From Pristiophorus japonicus (Eukaryota): a stretch of DNA of 64,000 nucleotides. Position numbers and translations under genes: made by a program. The DNA lies in the NCBI RefSeq assembly GCF_044704955.1, contig NC_091985.1, positions 203,298,001 through 203,362,000 of the forward strand, written 5' to 3'. The first letter of the stretch is position 1, and every line of letters begins with the position of its first letter. This document shows positions 15,205 through 29,892 of this stretch, in pieces. The notes under the pieces were generated by a model. It did no database searches, was not told the origin of the DNA, and was given only the letters and a program-made list of their open reading frames with translations.

Positions 15205-15462
15205 AAACATAGAAAATAGGTGCAGGAGTAGGCCATTCGAGCCTGCACCACCATTCAATAAGATCATAGCTGATTATTCCCTCAGTACCCCTTTTCTGCT
15301 TTCTCTCAATATCCCTTTAGCCATAAGGGCCACATCTAACTCCCTCTTGAATATATCTAACGAACTGGCATCAACAACTCTGCGGTTGGGAATTCCACAG
15401 GGTATCAACTCTTGAGTGAATAAGCTTCTCATCTCAGTCCTAAATGGCTTACCCCCTTATCC
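15205..15462 (-). mobile_element. CR1 3' end fragment
   Basis: Matches the 3' end of 20495-20780; absent from the paralogous H2A flank at ~11945. Confidence 0.9.
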
Positions 15463-16086
15463 GTACGCGCGAGTTTTCAGTTCCCGGTCTCTGCATTACG
15501 GTTCTCTGCTCACACATACACTCTTCCCGTTAACAGCGAATAATTGAACTACAGTTGTCACTCAACAATTGTATAAATACCGCCACTGGTTCTTTAAATA
15601 TTCTTTAATCTGTCTGAAAACGAGAGAGTCGGCGATGATGAATTAATGCAGTAATAAAAGGGCCTAGTTTAATTCTGGTCTGGTTTGAGATAGTTTGAAT
15701 GCTGATTTTGTTCGCGGGAGCTCTGGCCATTCCCGGGTTGTGTATTTCTCTGCTAACCCAGTCAGTTTCGACCGCACTGCATCAGCGAGCGATGTACACA
15801 TACAGAACCCGGGTCCATTGCAGTGCTTCCCAGATCTGCCTGCCCCCATTCTCCGGCAACACCGAATGGGGAAATCTGTGCTCTGCCCCGGGGAACTTGG
15901 GGTCAGAGCGACGCAAAGCCGATGTCAGTTTCCGAAAATATTAAAGGGCTCATCAGTTAATCGTCAATAACTCCCATGTGAACCGAGCTGGTATATGAAC
16001 ACACGAGCAGTAATCAGTCCCACACCCTCTGCCCGTCCCTACAATGGGTTAATGAACAACACGAAGCTCTGGTTACAGGAGATCGC

Positions 16087-16126
16087 AGCTCTTTCCTTTG
16101 CTGATTTGGTGGCTCTGAAAAGAGCC
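16087..16126 (-). terminator. H3 3' stem-loop and HDE
   Basis: Reverse complement GGCTCTTTTCAGAGCC at 16111-16126, then GAAAGAGCTG. Confidence 0.95.
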
Positions 16127-16171
16127 GTTGTTGCACTTGGTGCTGAAGCTTCGAGCCGAGGCAGGGANNNN

Positions 16172-16813
<642 letters not shown>

Positions 16814-17189
16814 TCAAACAGAGATTAAATAAAATCTAATTTCCCGCCAGCAATTTAAGAATCCCGCTCTTTATAACGGCAATTGTGCCCCATTGTAAGT
16901 CACCAATCCCATTCTGCCACATTCCGGTTTGAATTCTGTTCCATTCCCTGATAAGTCTTGTACCGGGCGGGAATAAATCCCCGGTCACTGCTTCCTGTAA
17001 ACATAAAGTCCCGCATCGATTCCGCCAGTGCCGTCCCTTTTAACCGATTCTCACACAGAAACCTCACATGACAGGAATTATCTGTGAGGGGAGACTGTAA
17101 TGTCTGGGACTGTGTATCCTGCCCGGTAGTTGTGACTGTCAGCCGGAGTTTTTGATCTCTCATATTTACAATAGTTGTAAAATATTTAA

Positions 17190-17430
17190 TAATTTCTACA
17201 GCGACTACACTCCAAAAGTACTTCATTGGTCTTGTTCATTGGATGTGGTCCTTGCGGCTGAGGGGGGTCGGGAAGTGGAGGTACTGGAGTGGGTGATCAG
17301 CTGTGATCTTGTTGAATGGCGGTGCAGGCTCGAAGGGCCGAATGGTCTATTCTACTCCTGCACCTATTTTGTTTCTATGTCTTGAGACGTTCGGTGGTCG
17401 TGAAAGGCGCTACATAAATCCAAACCTTTC
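17190..17430 (+). mobile_element. SINE/L2-type 3' tail interrupted by a short CR1 3' end (17240-17380)
   Basis: gactacactccaaaagtacttcattgg...gtgaaaggcgctacataaat flanks the CR1 terminal gaatggcggtgcaggctcgaagggccgaatgg. Confidence 0.6.
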
Positions 17431-17496
17431 TTTCCATTAATTAAACAGCCGAAACCATTTCCCAACCCAACTGTGCACGCTCCGATCCCCAGGTCG

Positions 17497-17537
17497 CTGC
17501 TCTCTCTGTGAACCGGTGGGTGGCTCTTAGAAGAGCC
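17497..17537 (-). terminator. H4 3' stem-loop and HDE
   Basis: Reverse complement GGCTCTTCTAAGAGCC at 17522-17537, then AGAGAGAGCAG. Confidence 0.9.
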
Positions 17538-17572
17538 TTTGTGTTGTGTTTGGGGGAAAAGGGTCGAGTTAT

Positions 17573-17896
<324 letters not shown>

Positions 17897-18614
17897 TCAG
17901 TTAAACTGCCGCTGAATGAGAAGTGAATTGCTGCCGGATCCTTTTTATAGAGCCGGAGCCGACCTGACTGAGAAAGCGCAGAGTGAGAGAGGCGGGAAGG
18001 GGAGGAGACAGAGTTAAGATTGACAGACAGAGCAGTGAGCGACCTCTGATCTTCCAGCTCCGCCTCCAGCTTTCTGCAGCCGCCAATTTCAAACCGTTTT
18101 CCGACAATAGAACCGAAACAGACTCGGAATTTATATTTAAAGCTTCCAGGAACCTGAAGCTTTTAAATAAAGTCCCGTTACAATTACTTTTAAATAAAGT
18201 CCCGTTACAATCAGACCTTGTTCCATCTCCCCACATTTCCTCTCACAGACGGGTTCAGCAGTTTACAAGCACCTTATTCCAGCTGATTTGGAGAATGTGG
18301 TGTTTGGGGTTTGAGTTGTGAGGCGGGGTATCTCCGCCAGTATCACCGTCTCACAGACTCTCCCCCTGAAAATGACAATGAGCAGGAACTAAGACTGGAA
18401 CTGAACACATCCCCAGTTAGTGAGGCCCAGGCCGGACATCCCATTCTCTGTGTGTTTTATTGCAGACACTGGGGGAGGGGTGGGTGCAGCCAATATCAGC
18501 GAGTCACCAGGGATCCTGGCTCCATATTCAATGATTTCTGTCCGAAATCTGAGCCCGGCCCCGGGACAGGGATCATTTGATTCGGGGATCAGCTCTTTTC
18601 TGAGAGGTGTGGGT

Positions 18615-18630
18615 GGCTCTGAGAATAGCC
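18615..18630 (-). terminator. H1 3' stem-loop (variant with a stem mismatch)
   Basis: Reverse complement GGCTATTCTCAGAGCC, followed by ACCCA and AAAAGAGCTG. Confidence 0.85.
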
Positions 18631-18665
18631 TTTGGGTTCAGATGTTTACAAGTTGCACTTTTTAT

Positions 18666-19319
18666 TTACTTTTTGAGCGCTGCTTTCTTGGGTTTTGCTG
18701 ATTTGGCCTTGGCCCTCGGTTTTTCCACCTTTTTGGCCACCTTCACCTTTGCGCCCGAGGTCTTCTTGGGGCTCTTGGTCTTCGCCGCTGCCGTCTTCTT
18801 CCCAGCCGCAGCTTTCGCTGTCTTTTTTACTGTTGGCGCCTTCTTGGTGTTCGTTTTCTTGGCCGGAGATTTCTTGGCTGCTGGTTTCTTGGCCGGAGAT
18901 TTCTTGGCTGCTGGTTTCTTGGTCGGAGATTTCTTGGCTGGAGATTTCTTGGCTGCTGGTTTCTTCACCTTCCTTCCCACTTTCCCCTGGTTTTCCTTCT
19001 TAGCGACTTTGAAGGAGCCCGAGGCGCCCGTGCCCTTCGTCTGCACCAGGAAGCCATTTGTCACATTCCTCTTGATACTGAACCTGATCTGGGACCCGCG
19101 CTTCTCCACATCCACGCCTTTGGCCGCCAGAGCCTTCTTTATCGCGGCCAGGGACATCCCCTTGCGATCGCTGCCATCGGCCACAACCTTGAGGATCTGT
19201 TCGCCCAACGTGGGGCCGGCTGGCTTGGAGCGGGGAGTCGCCTTCTTCTTCTTGCTGGGAGCCTTGGTTTGAGCGGCGGCGGCAGGAGGAGCCGTTTCAG
19301 CGGCTGCAGTGTCAGTCAT
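18666..19319 (-). CDS. H1: Linker histone H1
   Basis: MTDTAAAETAP..., globular domain (RKGMSLAAIKKAL...LVQTKGTGASGSFK), K/A/P-rich tail with SPKK/SPAK repeats; H1 box AAACACA at ~19463-19469 upstream. Confidence 0.97.
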   Translation of the reverse strand: MTDTAAAETAPPAAAAQTKAPSKKKKATPRSKPAGPTLGEQILKVVADGSDRKGMSLAAIKKALAAKGVDVEKRGSQIRFSIKRNVTNGFLVQTKGTGASGSFKVAKKENQGKVGRKVKKPAAKKSPAKKSPTKKPAAKKSPAKKPAAKKSPAKKTNTKKAPTVKKTAKAAAGKKTAAAKTKSPKKTSGAKVKVAKKVEKPRAKAKSAKPKKAALKK

Positions 19320-20494
19320 GTCCGCGACTCTGTGGAAAATCTCTCTGACAGTCAGAGCTCGGTCAGAAAGGAAACGGGAGGCGGCGGCACAGAGCAACTT
19401 AAAGGCAGCGAGCGGACGGGGCGGAGATTCCTGCTGTCAGCTCCCCGCCCCTCCAGCCTCTCTGTGTTTCTCTCTCCTCATTAACTGTCCGATTCCAATT
19501 CAACCCGGGCCCTCCAGATTCCCAGACTGGCCTCTTTCTGTCCCGAACCGGGATGTTTGTTGTCGAGAAAGCTTTCTCCGAACTGAAGGCAGCAATTTGG
19601 ATTTAAACCCGTTTCATTGCTGCACTGATCGCGCTCTCTCACCCGATCGCGGACATTTTCTTCGTTTTTCGATTGAAATTTAAAATCACTTCAAACTTGA
19701 CGTTTAATTCCCACTTTAGACCTGAGCAGGGCAGCAGGGCGATCCTGTGACAGGGAAATCTTTGAATTTTACACAAGAGGGACTCTGGAATCCGGCGATG
19801 AGACGGACACACAAACACAGTGACATTAGTCTCACCGGGCCGCCCCTTTAACACACTCTCATCACACAATGTTCACATCTGCACATTCACAGCACAAACT
19901 GTCCCAGATTTACAGCTCCCAGCACAGGGTTTCCTCTCCGCTCGGCCTGTGCTGCCGATTCTCGGGGTTAGTTGTAGTTTCCCAGCTCAGTAAGTGTTAA
20001 ACACTCTGAGGTCGGCGCTCCTCAGTGTCTGTTCCCCAGATTCAGGGGCAGGAGCCAATCACAGCAGTGGCTGGCTTAACTCATATCTGCTGCTAAGTTA
20101 TTACATTGTTCGCACGCAGAAATATGTTTGATTAACGTGAAAATAGAAATTATGAGTTCACCGCCCCTCCACCCTCTCTTTGTCTCTCTCTCTCCTCCGA
20201 AAATGAGGGACATATAACAGTAACTGGTGAACTATCCATACCATGCTCACCACCCAGAGATGGCTATCAGAGAGAGCGACAGAGAGACAGACACAGAATC
20301 AGTCTTAAACTCCCTAACTGTGTCTCCATATTACGCTCAATAATAGTATCAATCATTCATGTACAGCACACCGAAAGAGAGAGAGACAGACACATTATCA
20401 GTCTTACACTTGGTATCAGTGTCTCCATATTACGCGCAGTAACAGTGCCACACCGTCATGTATAGCAACAGAGAGAGAAACAGAAACAGTATCA

Positions 20495-21102
20495 TAGAAA
20501 CATAGAAAATAGGTGCAGGAGTAGGCCATTCGGCCCTTCAAGCCTGCACCACTATTCAATATGATCATGGCTAATCATGCAACTTCAGTACCCCATTCCT
20601 GCTTTCTCTCCATACCCCTTGATCCCTTTCGCCGTAAGGGCCATATCTAACTCCCTTTTGAATATATCTAACGAACTGGCCTCAACAACTTTCTGTGGTA
20701 GAAAATTCCACAGGTTCACAATTCTCTGAGTGAAGAAGTTTCTCCTCATCTCGGTCCTAAATGGCTTACCCCTTATCCTTAGACTGTGACCCCTGGTTCT
20801 GGACAACCCCAACATCGGGAACATTCTTCCTGCATCTAACCTGTCCAATCCCGTCAGAATTTTATATGTTTCTATGAGATCCCCTCTCATTATTCTAAAT
20901 TCCAGAGAATATAAGTCTATTCTATCCAGTCTTTCTTCATGTGTCAGCCCTGCCATCCCGGGAATCAGTCTGGTGAACCTTTGCTGCACTCCCTCAATAG
21001 CAAGAATGTCCTTCCTCAGATTAGAAGACCAAAACTGTACACAATATTCAAGGTGTGACCTCACCAAGGCCCTGTACAACTGCAGTAAGACCTCCCTGCT
21101 CC
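20495..21102 (-). mobile_element. CR1 LINE 3' fragment
   Basis: ORF 20585-21079 is the CR1 ORF2 C-terminus; TTTCTATG tail. Confidence 0.95.
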
Positions 21103-21824
21103 TATTGTGTTGTACTCATAAGTGTTTCCACATCACGCGAAATAACAGAAACCCGCCTTCACAGACAGTACAAGAGAAAGGGGAAAGCGACAGAGAGAGA
21201 AAAGTGGGCTGAGAGAGAGAGAGAAAGAGAGAGACAGGGGAGTGCGAGGCAGGACGGTGAGACACAGAAACATGCACAGTATCAGTTCTAGACTGACCTG
21301 TGAGGTCCAGTTTTATCCTGAAAGATCCCATTGAAGAGACAGAAGATGCAGTCCCCTCTCTCACTGATATTGTACCACAGACAGACACATTATTAGTCCC
21401 ACACTGCGGGACAGTGTCAGAGAGTGAGAGAAACAAGGTCCCACATTTAACCTTCGCTTGCCTGTTGTACTCTCTCTAATCTTGCAGCTCAGGGCCGTTC
21501 GGTATTACTCTCAGTGACCGAATGTTTCACTCTGATTAAATTAAACTGGGACAGTTTCTGTCAGATATTAACTCCTGCACAGTTCCAGCAAACACTCCTG
21601 CTCCCTCGTCCCTCCGATGTTTCTGCAGGATTGCTTTGTGAGGACAGGCTCACGAAGAGAAAAATCCCTGCACGGAATGATCCCAAATTGAGTATCTCAA
21701 AGGGGCAAGGCCCCCAGCTTTAAACATTCTCTGTCCTTGCCCCCCAGGCCCAGTTCCTTTGCTCAGATTCTGATAAAAGTAAATCGAGAAAAGTGCACTT
21801 TGCTTTTTGAAGGCTGAATTATTG

Positions 21825-21996
21825 CAGAGCTGCGCATGCGCGAATAAGCCCCGCCCCTCGAGTCGATTTCCAGTGAGCAGAAGAGCGCATGCGCCCTCCC
21901 CGCTCCCAGCCCTGCCTGTGAGCGCCATTCACTCAGTGAGCGGAAGAAGATGGTTTAAACAGCCAGGAATGGAGACTTCGCGGCCCCGGGGTAAGG
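21825..21996 (+). promoter_or_regulatory. CpG-rich promoter and first exon of the multi-copy unit (copy C)
   Basis: NRF1-type GCGCATGCGC at 21832-21841 and 21885-21894, GC box at ~21849, donor GGG|GTAAGG at 21991. Confidence 0.65.
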
Positions 21997-22924
21997 CAGC
22001 GAGCAGTAGCCTCCTTACAGCAGCACATCGCTTTGGGAGCGTGTCCGCAGATGGGCTCAGAGATCGGCACTGAGTCCGGGGGAAGTTCAGGGGGAGTCGG
22101 GGTCTGTGTGTAACAGGCGGAGTGGAGCAAGAACTGGTCTCAGTGCGTGGAGTGAGTGGGGGAAGGGAGAGGCCATTCTCGGGCTGTGTGTGGACAGCGT
22201 GTGTCCCGGGTAAGGGAGACAGAATGGGAAGGATCTGCTGTTGACAATCATTGCTGCTTTCTCTCTCCAAACCAGTAGTAAACGTTCCTGCTTTAGTTCC
22301 AGTCTCACCGTGTTTGTTGTCATTGGACAGCGAGCAGTGGAAGCAGAGCCGGACACTGAGGATTTATACAAGGAGCATCTATTGCAGGCACCGGGTGAGA
22401 AATGTGAAGGACATGTTTTAAACAGCGGCTCTTTGTTTTTGGTTGAACGGTTAGTGCCCTGGGAGAGGAGAGCAGCAATCTTGGCTGTGTAAAAGTCCGT
22501 GCTCCATCGGGTCGTCCCATTCCTGAAACAGGGCAGGGGTTGGGTTGTGTCTGGATGTCAGTAAATTGCTGTAAATCTGCCCAACACACCTGGTGTGCAG
22601 AAGCCGAGTGCTGCAGTACTGGAGTGGAGTCAGACACTGACACTGTTTGTATCGCTGGCTTCCCTTTGTGAATGTTCATAATGAATATTAATTGAACGAT
22701 TACATTCATCACTTTAGTCTTTTCTACCTCTCCTATTCTTGAATGATCAGAGATACCTTCTCCTCCTACAGGCATGGAATTGAAGGAACTGGAACAAATG
22801 TGAAGTTTCCTCCACCTGAGACATAAGGAACAGTGCAACCAGCTCCTTCACACACACAGTAGGTACGGTACCGATCACAGTGTGCGGATACACAGACAGG
22901 TTATCCAAATTAAACATGTTTGTG

Positions 22925-24600
22925 GTGCTGAATGGCCTCCTCCTATTCCTGTGTAACAGGCCCGAGGGGGCTGATGGCCACCTCCTGTTCCTAAATTAAC
23001 AGACTGGAGATACTGAGTGGCCTTCTCCTGTTCCTAATGTAATAAACACGAGGGTGTTAATGGCCTCCTCCTGTCCATATGTAACAAACTCTAGGGGCAG
23101 ATTGACCTTCCCCCTGTACCTATGTTTCGGGCTAGAATGGGATGAATGGCCTCCTTTAGTTCTTATGTAACAGGTTCCAGGGGCTGAATAGCCACTTCTA
23201 TTCCTGTGTAACAGACTCCAGGGGCTGAATAGCCTCCTCCAGTTCCTATGTAACAAGTTCGAGGGGCTGAATGCCCTCCTCCTGTTCCCATGAAACAATC
23301 CCGTGGGGATGATTGTCCTTGTCCTATTCCTATTCCTAATGTGACAGACCCGGGGGGCATAATTGCGTCATCCTATTGCTTTTTAACTCCAGTTGCTGAA
23401 TGGCCCTCTCCAGTTCCTAATGTAATCCGCTCGAGGAGCTGAATGGCCTCCTCCAGTTCCTAATGTAATAGGCTCGAGGAGCTGAATGGCCCTCTCCTGC
23501 TCCCATGTCACAGGATCAAAGGGCTGAATGGCCTGCTCATGATCCTAATTTAACGTGCTCGGGGGGCTGAATGTCCTCCCCCAGTTCCTATACAACATGC
23601 TCGGGGGGCTGAATGTCCTCCCCCAGTTCCTATACAACATGCTCGAGGGGCTGACTGTCCTCCCCAGTTCCTATGTAACATTCAGGAGAGGCTGAATGGA
23701 CTCTTCCAATTCCTCTGTAACAGGCTCGAGGGGCTGAATGGCCACCTCCTGTTCCTGGTTAACAGTTCCGAGGGGTGGAATTGGCCTACTCCTGTTCCTA
23801 TGTAACAGACCCGAGGGACTGAGTGGTCTTCTCCTGTTCCTAATGTAAGAAGTTCGAGGGAATGAAAAACGTCCTGCTGTTCCCATGTCACACAATCAAA
23901 GGCTGAGTGATCTGCTCATGTTTCTAATGTTAGAGAGGCTGAATTTCCTCTTCCCACGTAACAGAATGGAAGGGCTGAATGGCATACTCTTGATCCTATC
24001 TAATAGGCTCGAGGGGAAGAATCCTGTTCCTGTCTAACAACTCTAGGTGCTGAACAGCCACCTCCTGTTCCTGTGTAATGTTAGGTGGGATGAGTGGCCT
24101 CCTCCAGTTGCATTATAAGATGTGCGACTGGCTTATTGGCCTCTTCCAGTTCCTATAACATTCTCGGGGGGGGCTGAATGGCCTCCTCCAGTTCCTATGT
24201 AACATGCTTGAGGGTCTGAATAGCCTCCTCCTATTCTGATGTAAAAGGTTCCAGAGGATGGATGACTTCCTCTATTCCTGTGTAACAGTATCCAGTCGAT
24301 GCATTGCCTCCACCAATTCCTTTATAGCAAGGCTAAGGTGCTGAATGCCCACCTCCTGTACCTATGCAACAATCTTGAGGGATTGAATGGCTGCCTGTTC
24401 ATTTGTAACAGGTTGGAGGGGCTGAATGGCGTCCATCTATTCCTGTAAAGCAGATTCCAAGGTTGAACGGTCAACTCCAGTTTCTAATGTAACAGAGTCG
24501 AGGGGCAGAATAGCTCACTGTTCCTATGTAACAGGGACTGAATGGCCTCCCCCTGTTCCTTTTGTAACAGGCTCGAAGGGATGATTTGCCTCCAGGTTCC
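22925..24600 (+). repeat. Tandem array of ~43-bp units derived from the CR1 3' end
   Basis: Unit ggctcgaggggctgaatggcctcctcctgttcctatgtaaca matches CR1 termini at 54961-55005 and 63478-63520. Confidence 0.85.
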
Positions 24601-24954
24601 ATGTGCTCCTCAAATTCCCAGATCCAGGGACTGTTCTTCCCTGTTGTTTTGGAAATAGCATCGGGCAGTAAACAGGAGCTCAATGCTTCTTGCCCACCAG
24701 CTCTCTGATCGGGCTCCTCGCGCTGATTATGTTTTCTCATCTCGCTCAAACGTCCCCAAATGTTGCTTTCTTTTCCATCACCTCTAGAGTTATTAGTCAA
24801 GTTTACATCGAGCAAATCGTGATCTCACCAGTAACAGCACTTTCCCGATGGTTATCCACGAGGCTGCTTCTGACAATTTCTTCTGCGTAAATGTTAACCA
24901 CCGTAAGTAACTGAAAAGCTTAATTTCTACAGCAACAACAAACACTTGCATTTA

Positions 24955-25975
24955 TGACAGATACAGAGTGAATCCCACACTCACGCACTGTACCACAGAC
25001 TGTCAGATACAGAATAAATCCCACACTCACTCACTGTACCACAGACTGACAGATACAGAATAAATCCCACACTCACTCACTGTACCCCTGACAAATATGG
25101 TTTATATAACGTATTAATAGCTCGTCTCTACTCCAAATATTTTTGAATCACATTTGTCCACTATAATGTTAAAAACTGTTGTCTGTTGGGGCTGTCTCTG
25201 ATCTGTAAATTTCACAGATATAGGATAAAACACACTCTCACATACCAGAAACTGACCGGTACAGAATAAAAGCAACACGCAGATATAGAAACTGACAGAT
25301 ACAGAATAAATCCCACACTCACATACCAGAAACTGACAGGTACAGAGGAAACACACACTCGCTTACCCCAGATTGAGAGATACGGAATGAATCCCACATT
25401 CACATAGCACAAACTGACATATAAAGGTAAAAATCCACACTCAGATACCAGAAACTGACACCCCACAAATCTACCACAAACTGACAGGTACAGAAAAAAA
25501 ACACAATCGCATCCCAGAAACTGAGAGGTACATATTAATTCCTACACTCACATAGCAGTAGCTGAAATAAAACCCACATTCACATAGCAGAAACTAACAG
25601 GTATAGAATAAAACCCACACTCACATATCAGAAACTGATGTACACAATAAAACCCATACTCACATCTCAGAAATTGGCAGGTACAGAATAAACCCCATAC
25701 TCGCATATCAAAACTTGACAGGTACATGATAAATCTCAAATCACATAGCAGATACTGACAGGTACAGAATAAATCTCACCTTCACCGCCAAATCTGACAG
25801 GTACAGAATAAAATACACACTCAGATAATAGAAACAGAGAGTTACAAAATAAATCCCACGTTCACATAGCAGAAACTGACAGGTACAGTATGGAACCCAC
25901 ACCCACGTATCTGAACAATAATATGCAAGTAAAACCCATACTCGCCTATCGGAAACTGACAGGGTAACATACACA
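24955..25975. repeat. Degenerate ~40-bp satellite array
   Basis: Same unit as 1690-3385. Confidence 0.85.
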
Positions 25976-26184
25976 CCAGAGACTACAGAATGAGTAGAAT
26001 AGTTTAGGCACTCTTACCCCAGTGTCAGGCTCACACAATCGTTGTTTCAGTAATTCGGATGATAACTAACATGTTCTCAATGTGGCCCATTTAATTAGTG
26101 ATAAAAGCAACTTGCGAAACAATCCCATTTTTGCTAATTTAATTTGAGACAAAAAGATGGTCTGAGCGTGTGCTAAATACACGC

Positions 26185-27840
26185 TGCTCCTCTCCTCCCC
26201 ACACAGTGTTTAAACTGACGGGAAGGGCCCAGGCGAGCTCCCCTCCTCCAGCTCTGTCAGCGGCTGCCGTTTCCTCTGTGCTGGGCTGATGATCGTTGAA
26301 CACATCAGGGAGCGGAGATATCCCGGGCCCGAGTAAGGGAGCAAACAGCAGCCTCCTTACAGCAGCTCATCGCATTGGGACTGTGTCCACAGATGGGCTT
26401 TGAGTCGGGGTAAGTTCAGCGGCTGTCGGGGGCTGTCTGTAAGAGGCAGAGTAGAGCAGGAACTAGCTCTGGAACATGGAGTGAATGGGGGAAGGGAGAG
26501 GCCATTCTTGGGCTGTGTGTGTACAGTGTAAGGTAACAGAGAAAGTAAATCACCTCGCTCTTTCAAATCATTGCTGCTTTCTTTCCCCAAATCAGTAATG
26601 AATGTTCCTGATTCAGTTCCAATCTCAGTGCTTGTTGTTCTTGGACATTGAACAGTGGAAACACAGCCTGAGAGTGAGGATGTGAGGAGTGTCACAAAGT
26701 GCATCTATTGCAGGCACCAGAAGAGGAGTGTGAAAGGAGACATTTCAAAAATGGGTTATTTTGTTTTGGTGCGTTGAATTCTCAGAACCGTGTTGCTGGT
26801 GATCGAGAGATACATTGTCGTTCCCTCAGATACATCAGAATCCGGTCACTGTGACATTCTGTTAATGACACAGGCCCTCAACTTGGTTTCAATAGAATGA
26901 GAACAATTGTTGTACAGACTAGGTACCTGTGATTATATTCCAGGAAGGAATTCAGAATTTTACAGGTAGCCTCATGGGAGTGGGAGATATAAACCTGGAC
27001 TGTGCCAATCGGGTGGTCCCATTCATGGACCAGTGCTGGGTTTGGGTTGTGTCTGGATGCTGATAACTTACTATAGAACCATCCTACACACCTGGTGTGG
27101 GGAATCTGAGTGCCGCTGCACTGCAGTGAGATCAGGCAATGACACTGTTTGTATCACGGATTCCTCTCTCCAGATACTTTACTTTATTACAAACAAACGC
27201 ATTGTAATAAATAACTTTATTTTTATATTCTCTCCATATTCTGTCCATATCATAACTAATAGTGTTCTCCTATTATTATTCTCAGCAAAATACTTCAAGC
27301 CAGAATAAATGTGATCTTTCCTCAACCCGGAACACAAGGAACAGTGCAGACAGCTCCTTCTCACCCACAGTAAGTACATTATCACTCTCCGTGCGCAGAG
27401 ACACAGAACTGACTTCAATCATATTGTCACAGGCAGCAGAAGCTGTCAGTCCCACAGTGATCCGAATTTCCAGAGTTATATTATGAATCCCACAGTCACT
27501 TGGAGTAGTACAATAATATGTTATTTCAAAATCCAATCATATCGCACTGAAAGGCAGACCCAATTTCACTCCCTTACTCTCACCCACGATCAGTTAGACA
27601 CTGACACGGTGTCAATCCACACTGGTGTCTGTACACTGACTCTCAAACCCAACAGCTAACTTACAAGAGCAGAGAAACGGAGGTAATGGACTGAACGAAA
27701 CCTCCTCCTGAGACAGTCATCGATAATCTCAAACTATCATCCGCCTACAGCAGGTGGAGACGGAACCAAATCCAACACTCACACAGAGCAAGAATAGCTC
27801 AGTACAAGAGACTGTCAATTACATAATGAATCTCACACTC
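26185..27840 (+). repeat. Multi-copy non-coding unit (copy D, longest)
   Basis: Colinear with 4290-5655 and 371-1100. Confidence 0.85.
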
Positions 27841-29690
27841 ACACACATCACCAGTCTAACAGATACATAATCAATCCCACACTCTCTCACATCACCAGTC
27901 TAACAGATACATAATCAATCCCACACTCTCACACATCACCAGTCTAACAGATACATAATCAATCCCACGCTCACACACAACACCAGTCTAACAGATACAT
28001 AATCAATCCCACGCTCACAAACAATACCAGAGACTGAGAGAAACATAATGATTCATACACTCAGACACATTGAATGACAGATTGAGAGAGAATCACAATC
28101 ACTTCCAGTACCTGAGATTGACTGACTGACAATGAAACCCACATTCCCATACCAGGCCCTTACAGCTACAGACAAATTCTCACACTCACATTCCAGAGAC
28201 AGATAGTTAGTGAACTCCACAGTCATTCACCAGAAACTGACAAGTACAGAAAAAACACTTTTGCTTTCCAGAGACTGATAGATACAGAGTAATACCCACA
28301 CTCACATGCCAAAGACTGAGAAATACAGACTAAAAACCACACTCCCATAACAGAAACTTACAGGTGCTGATTAAAACCCTTACTCAAATATCAGAAACAG
28401 ATAGATACAGAATAAAACCCACACTCACTTCCCAGAGATGGACTGATACAGAATAAAACACACAGTCACATACCAGAGAGTGACAGGTAGAGAGTAAAAT
28501 CAACATTCACCTGAAAGTGACTGACTGATTCAATGTCAAACCCACAATACCACAGCTGTACCAGACACTTAAAGGCACAGAATGAAATCAACATTCATAT
28601 AGTCATTGACAGGTACAGAAAACATACACACATTAACATACCAGTGACAGACAGGTAGAATGTGGTAAACTCCACACTCACATAACAGAAACTGTGATGT
28701 ATAGAATATAACTGCACTCATAACAGAAACAGACAGGTACAGATAAAAAGTGCCACACACTCACACAAGAGACTGACAGGTACAGAGTGAAATCTACATT
28801 CACACACTTGAATAAAACACACGTTCACATAACATGCAACTGACAGGAGGAAAACCCACATACACATCCCAGAGACTTACATTCACAGAATAATACTCAC
28901 ACTCACATACCATAGACTGATGGATACAAAATAAAACTCACACTCACGTACAAGAAACTGCCAGGTACAGATTAAAGCCCACATTACCTGAAATTGATTG
29001 AGAGTAAAACCCACACTTGCCTACCAGAGATTGAAATTTACAGATAAAATCCACACCTATACCAAAAACTGAAAGGTCAAGAGTGTGAAAACCACACTCG
29101 CACACCAGTAACTGACAGATACAGATTACAACCCACACTCACATATCAAACGCTGAAAAATAAAGAGTAAAACCGCGCTCACAAAGAAAATCAACACTCA
29201 AATACCAAAAATTGATAGTGCCAGAGGAAAACCCACAATCGCAGAGTAGAACCAGATATGGACAGATTAAAATGCACACTCACATTTCAGAAACCAATAG
29301 GTACAGAATACAGCTTGCATTCACATAACAGAAACTGACTGGGATAGAGGAATCACAAACTAACATACCAGAGACTGACGAGAATAGAGTGAAATCCACA
29401 CACACACCAAAAACTGTTATATACAGAGAAAAATTCACACTCACATACCATAGACTGAGAGATAGCGTGTAAAACCCACACTCGCATATCAGAAAATGAC
29501 AAGGACTGTGTAAACCCAACACTTGCATACCAGAGAATGAAAGATACAGAATGAACCCCACACTCACTTACCAGTAATTGACAGGCACAGAGTGAAAACC
29601 TCTCTTCCATACCATAAACTTACAGATATAAAGGAAAAGCCATACTCGCTAACCAGAGATTGACAGATACAGAATAAATACTACACTCAC
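27841..29690. repeat. ~45-bp repeats (to ~28050) followed by the degenerate ~40-bp satellite
   Basis: Same arrangement as 1110-3385. Confidence 0.85.
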
Positions 29691-29892
29691 TGGTGGGCAA
29701 AGTCTATAGCTACATTGTTAATCAAGAAATAATGGAGGCTTGTAAAAAAGGAACGGGAATAATCATGGGCAATTTTAATCTTTAGCCTTGAGGAAGAATT
29801 CATCGTGTGTATCTGGGATAGTTTACTTGAACAGTACTTTGTGGAACCATTCAGGGAGCAGGCTATCTTAGATCTGGTACTGTGTAATGGGA
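29691..29892 (+). mobile_element. CR1 endonuclease-region fragment
   Basis: Similar to 61290-61490 (INQEIMEAC...IIMG...LDLVLCN). Confidence 0.75.
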
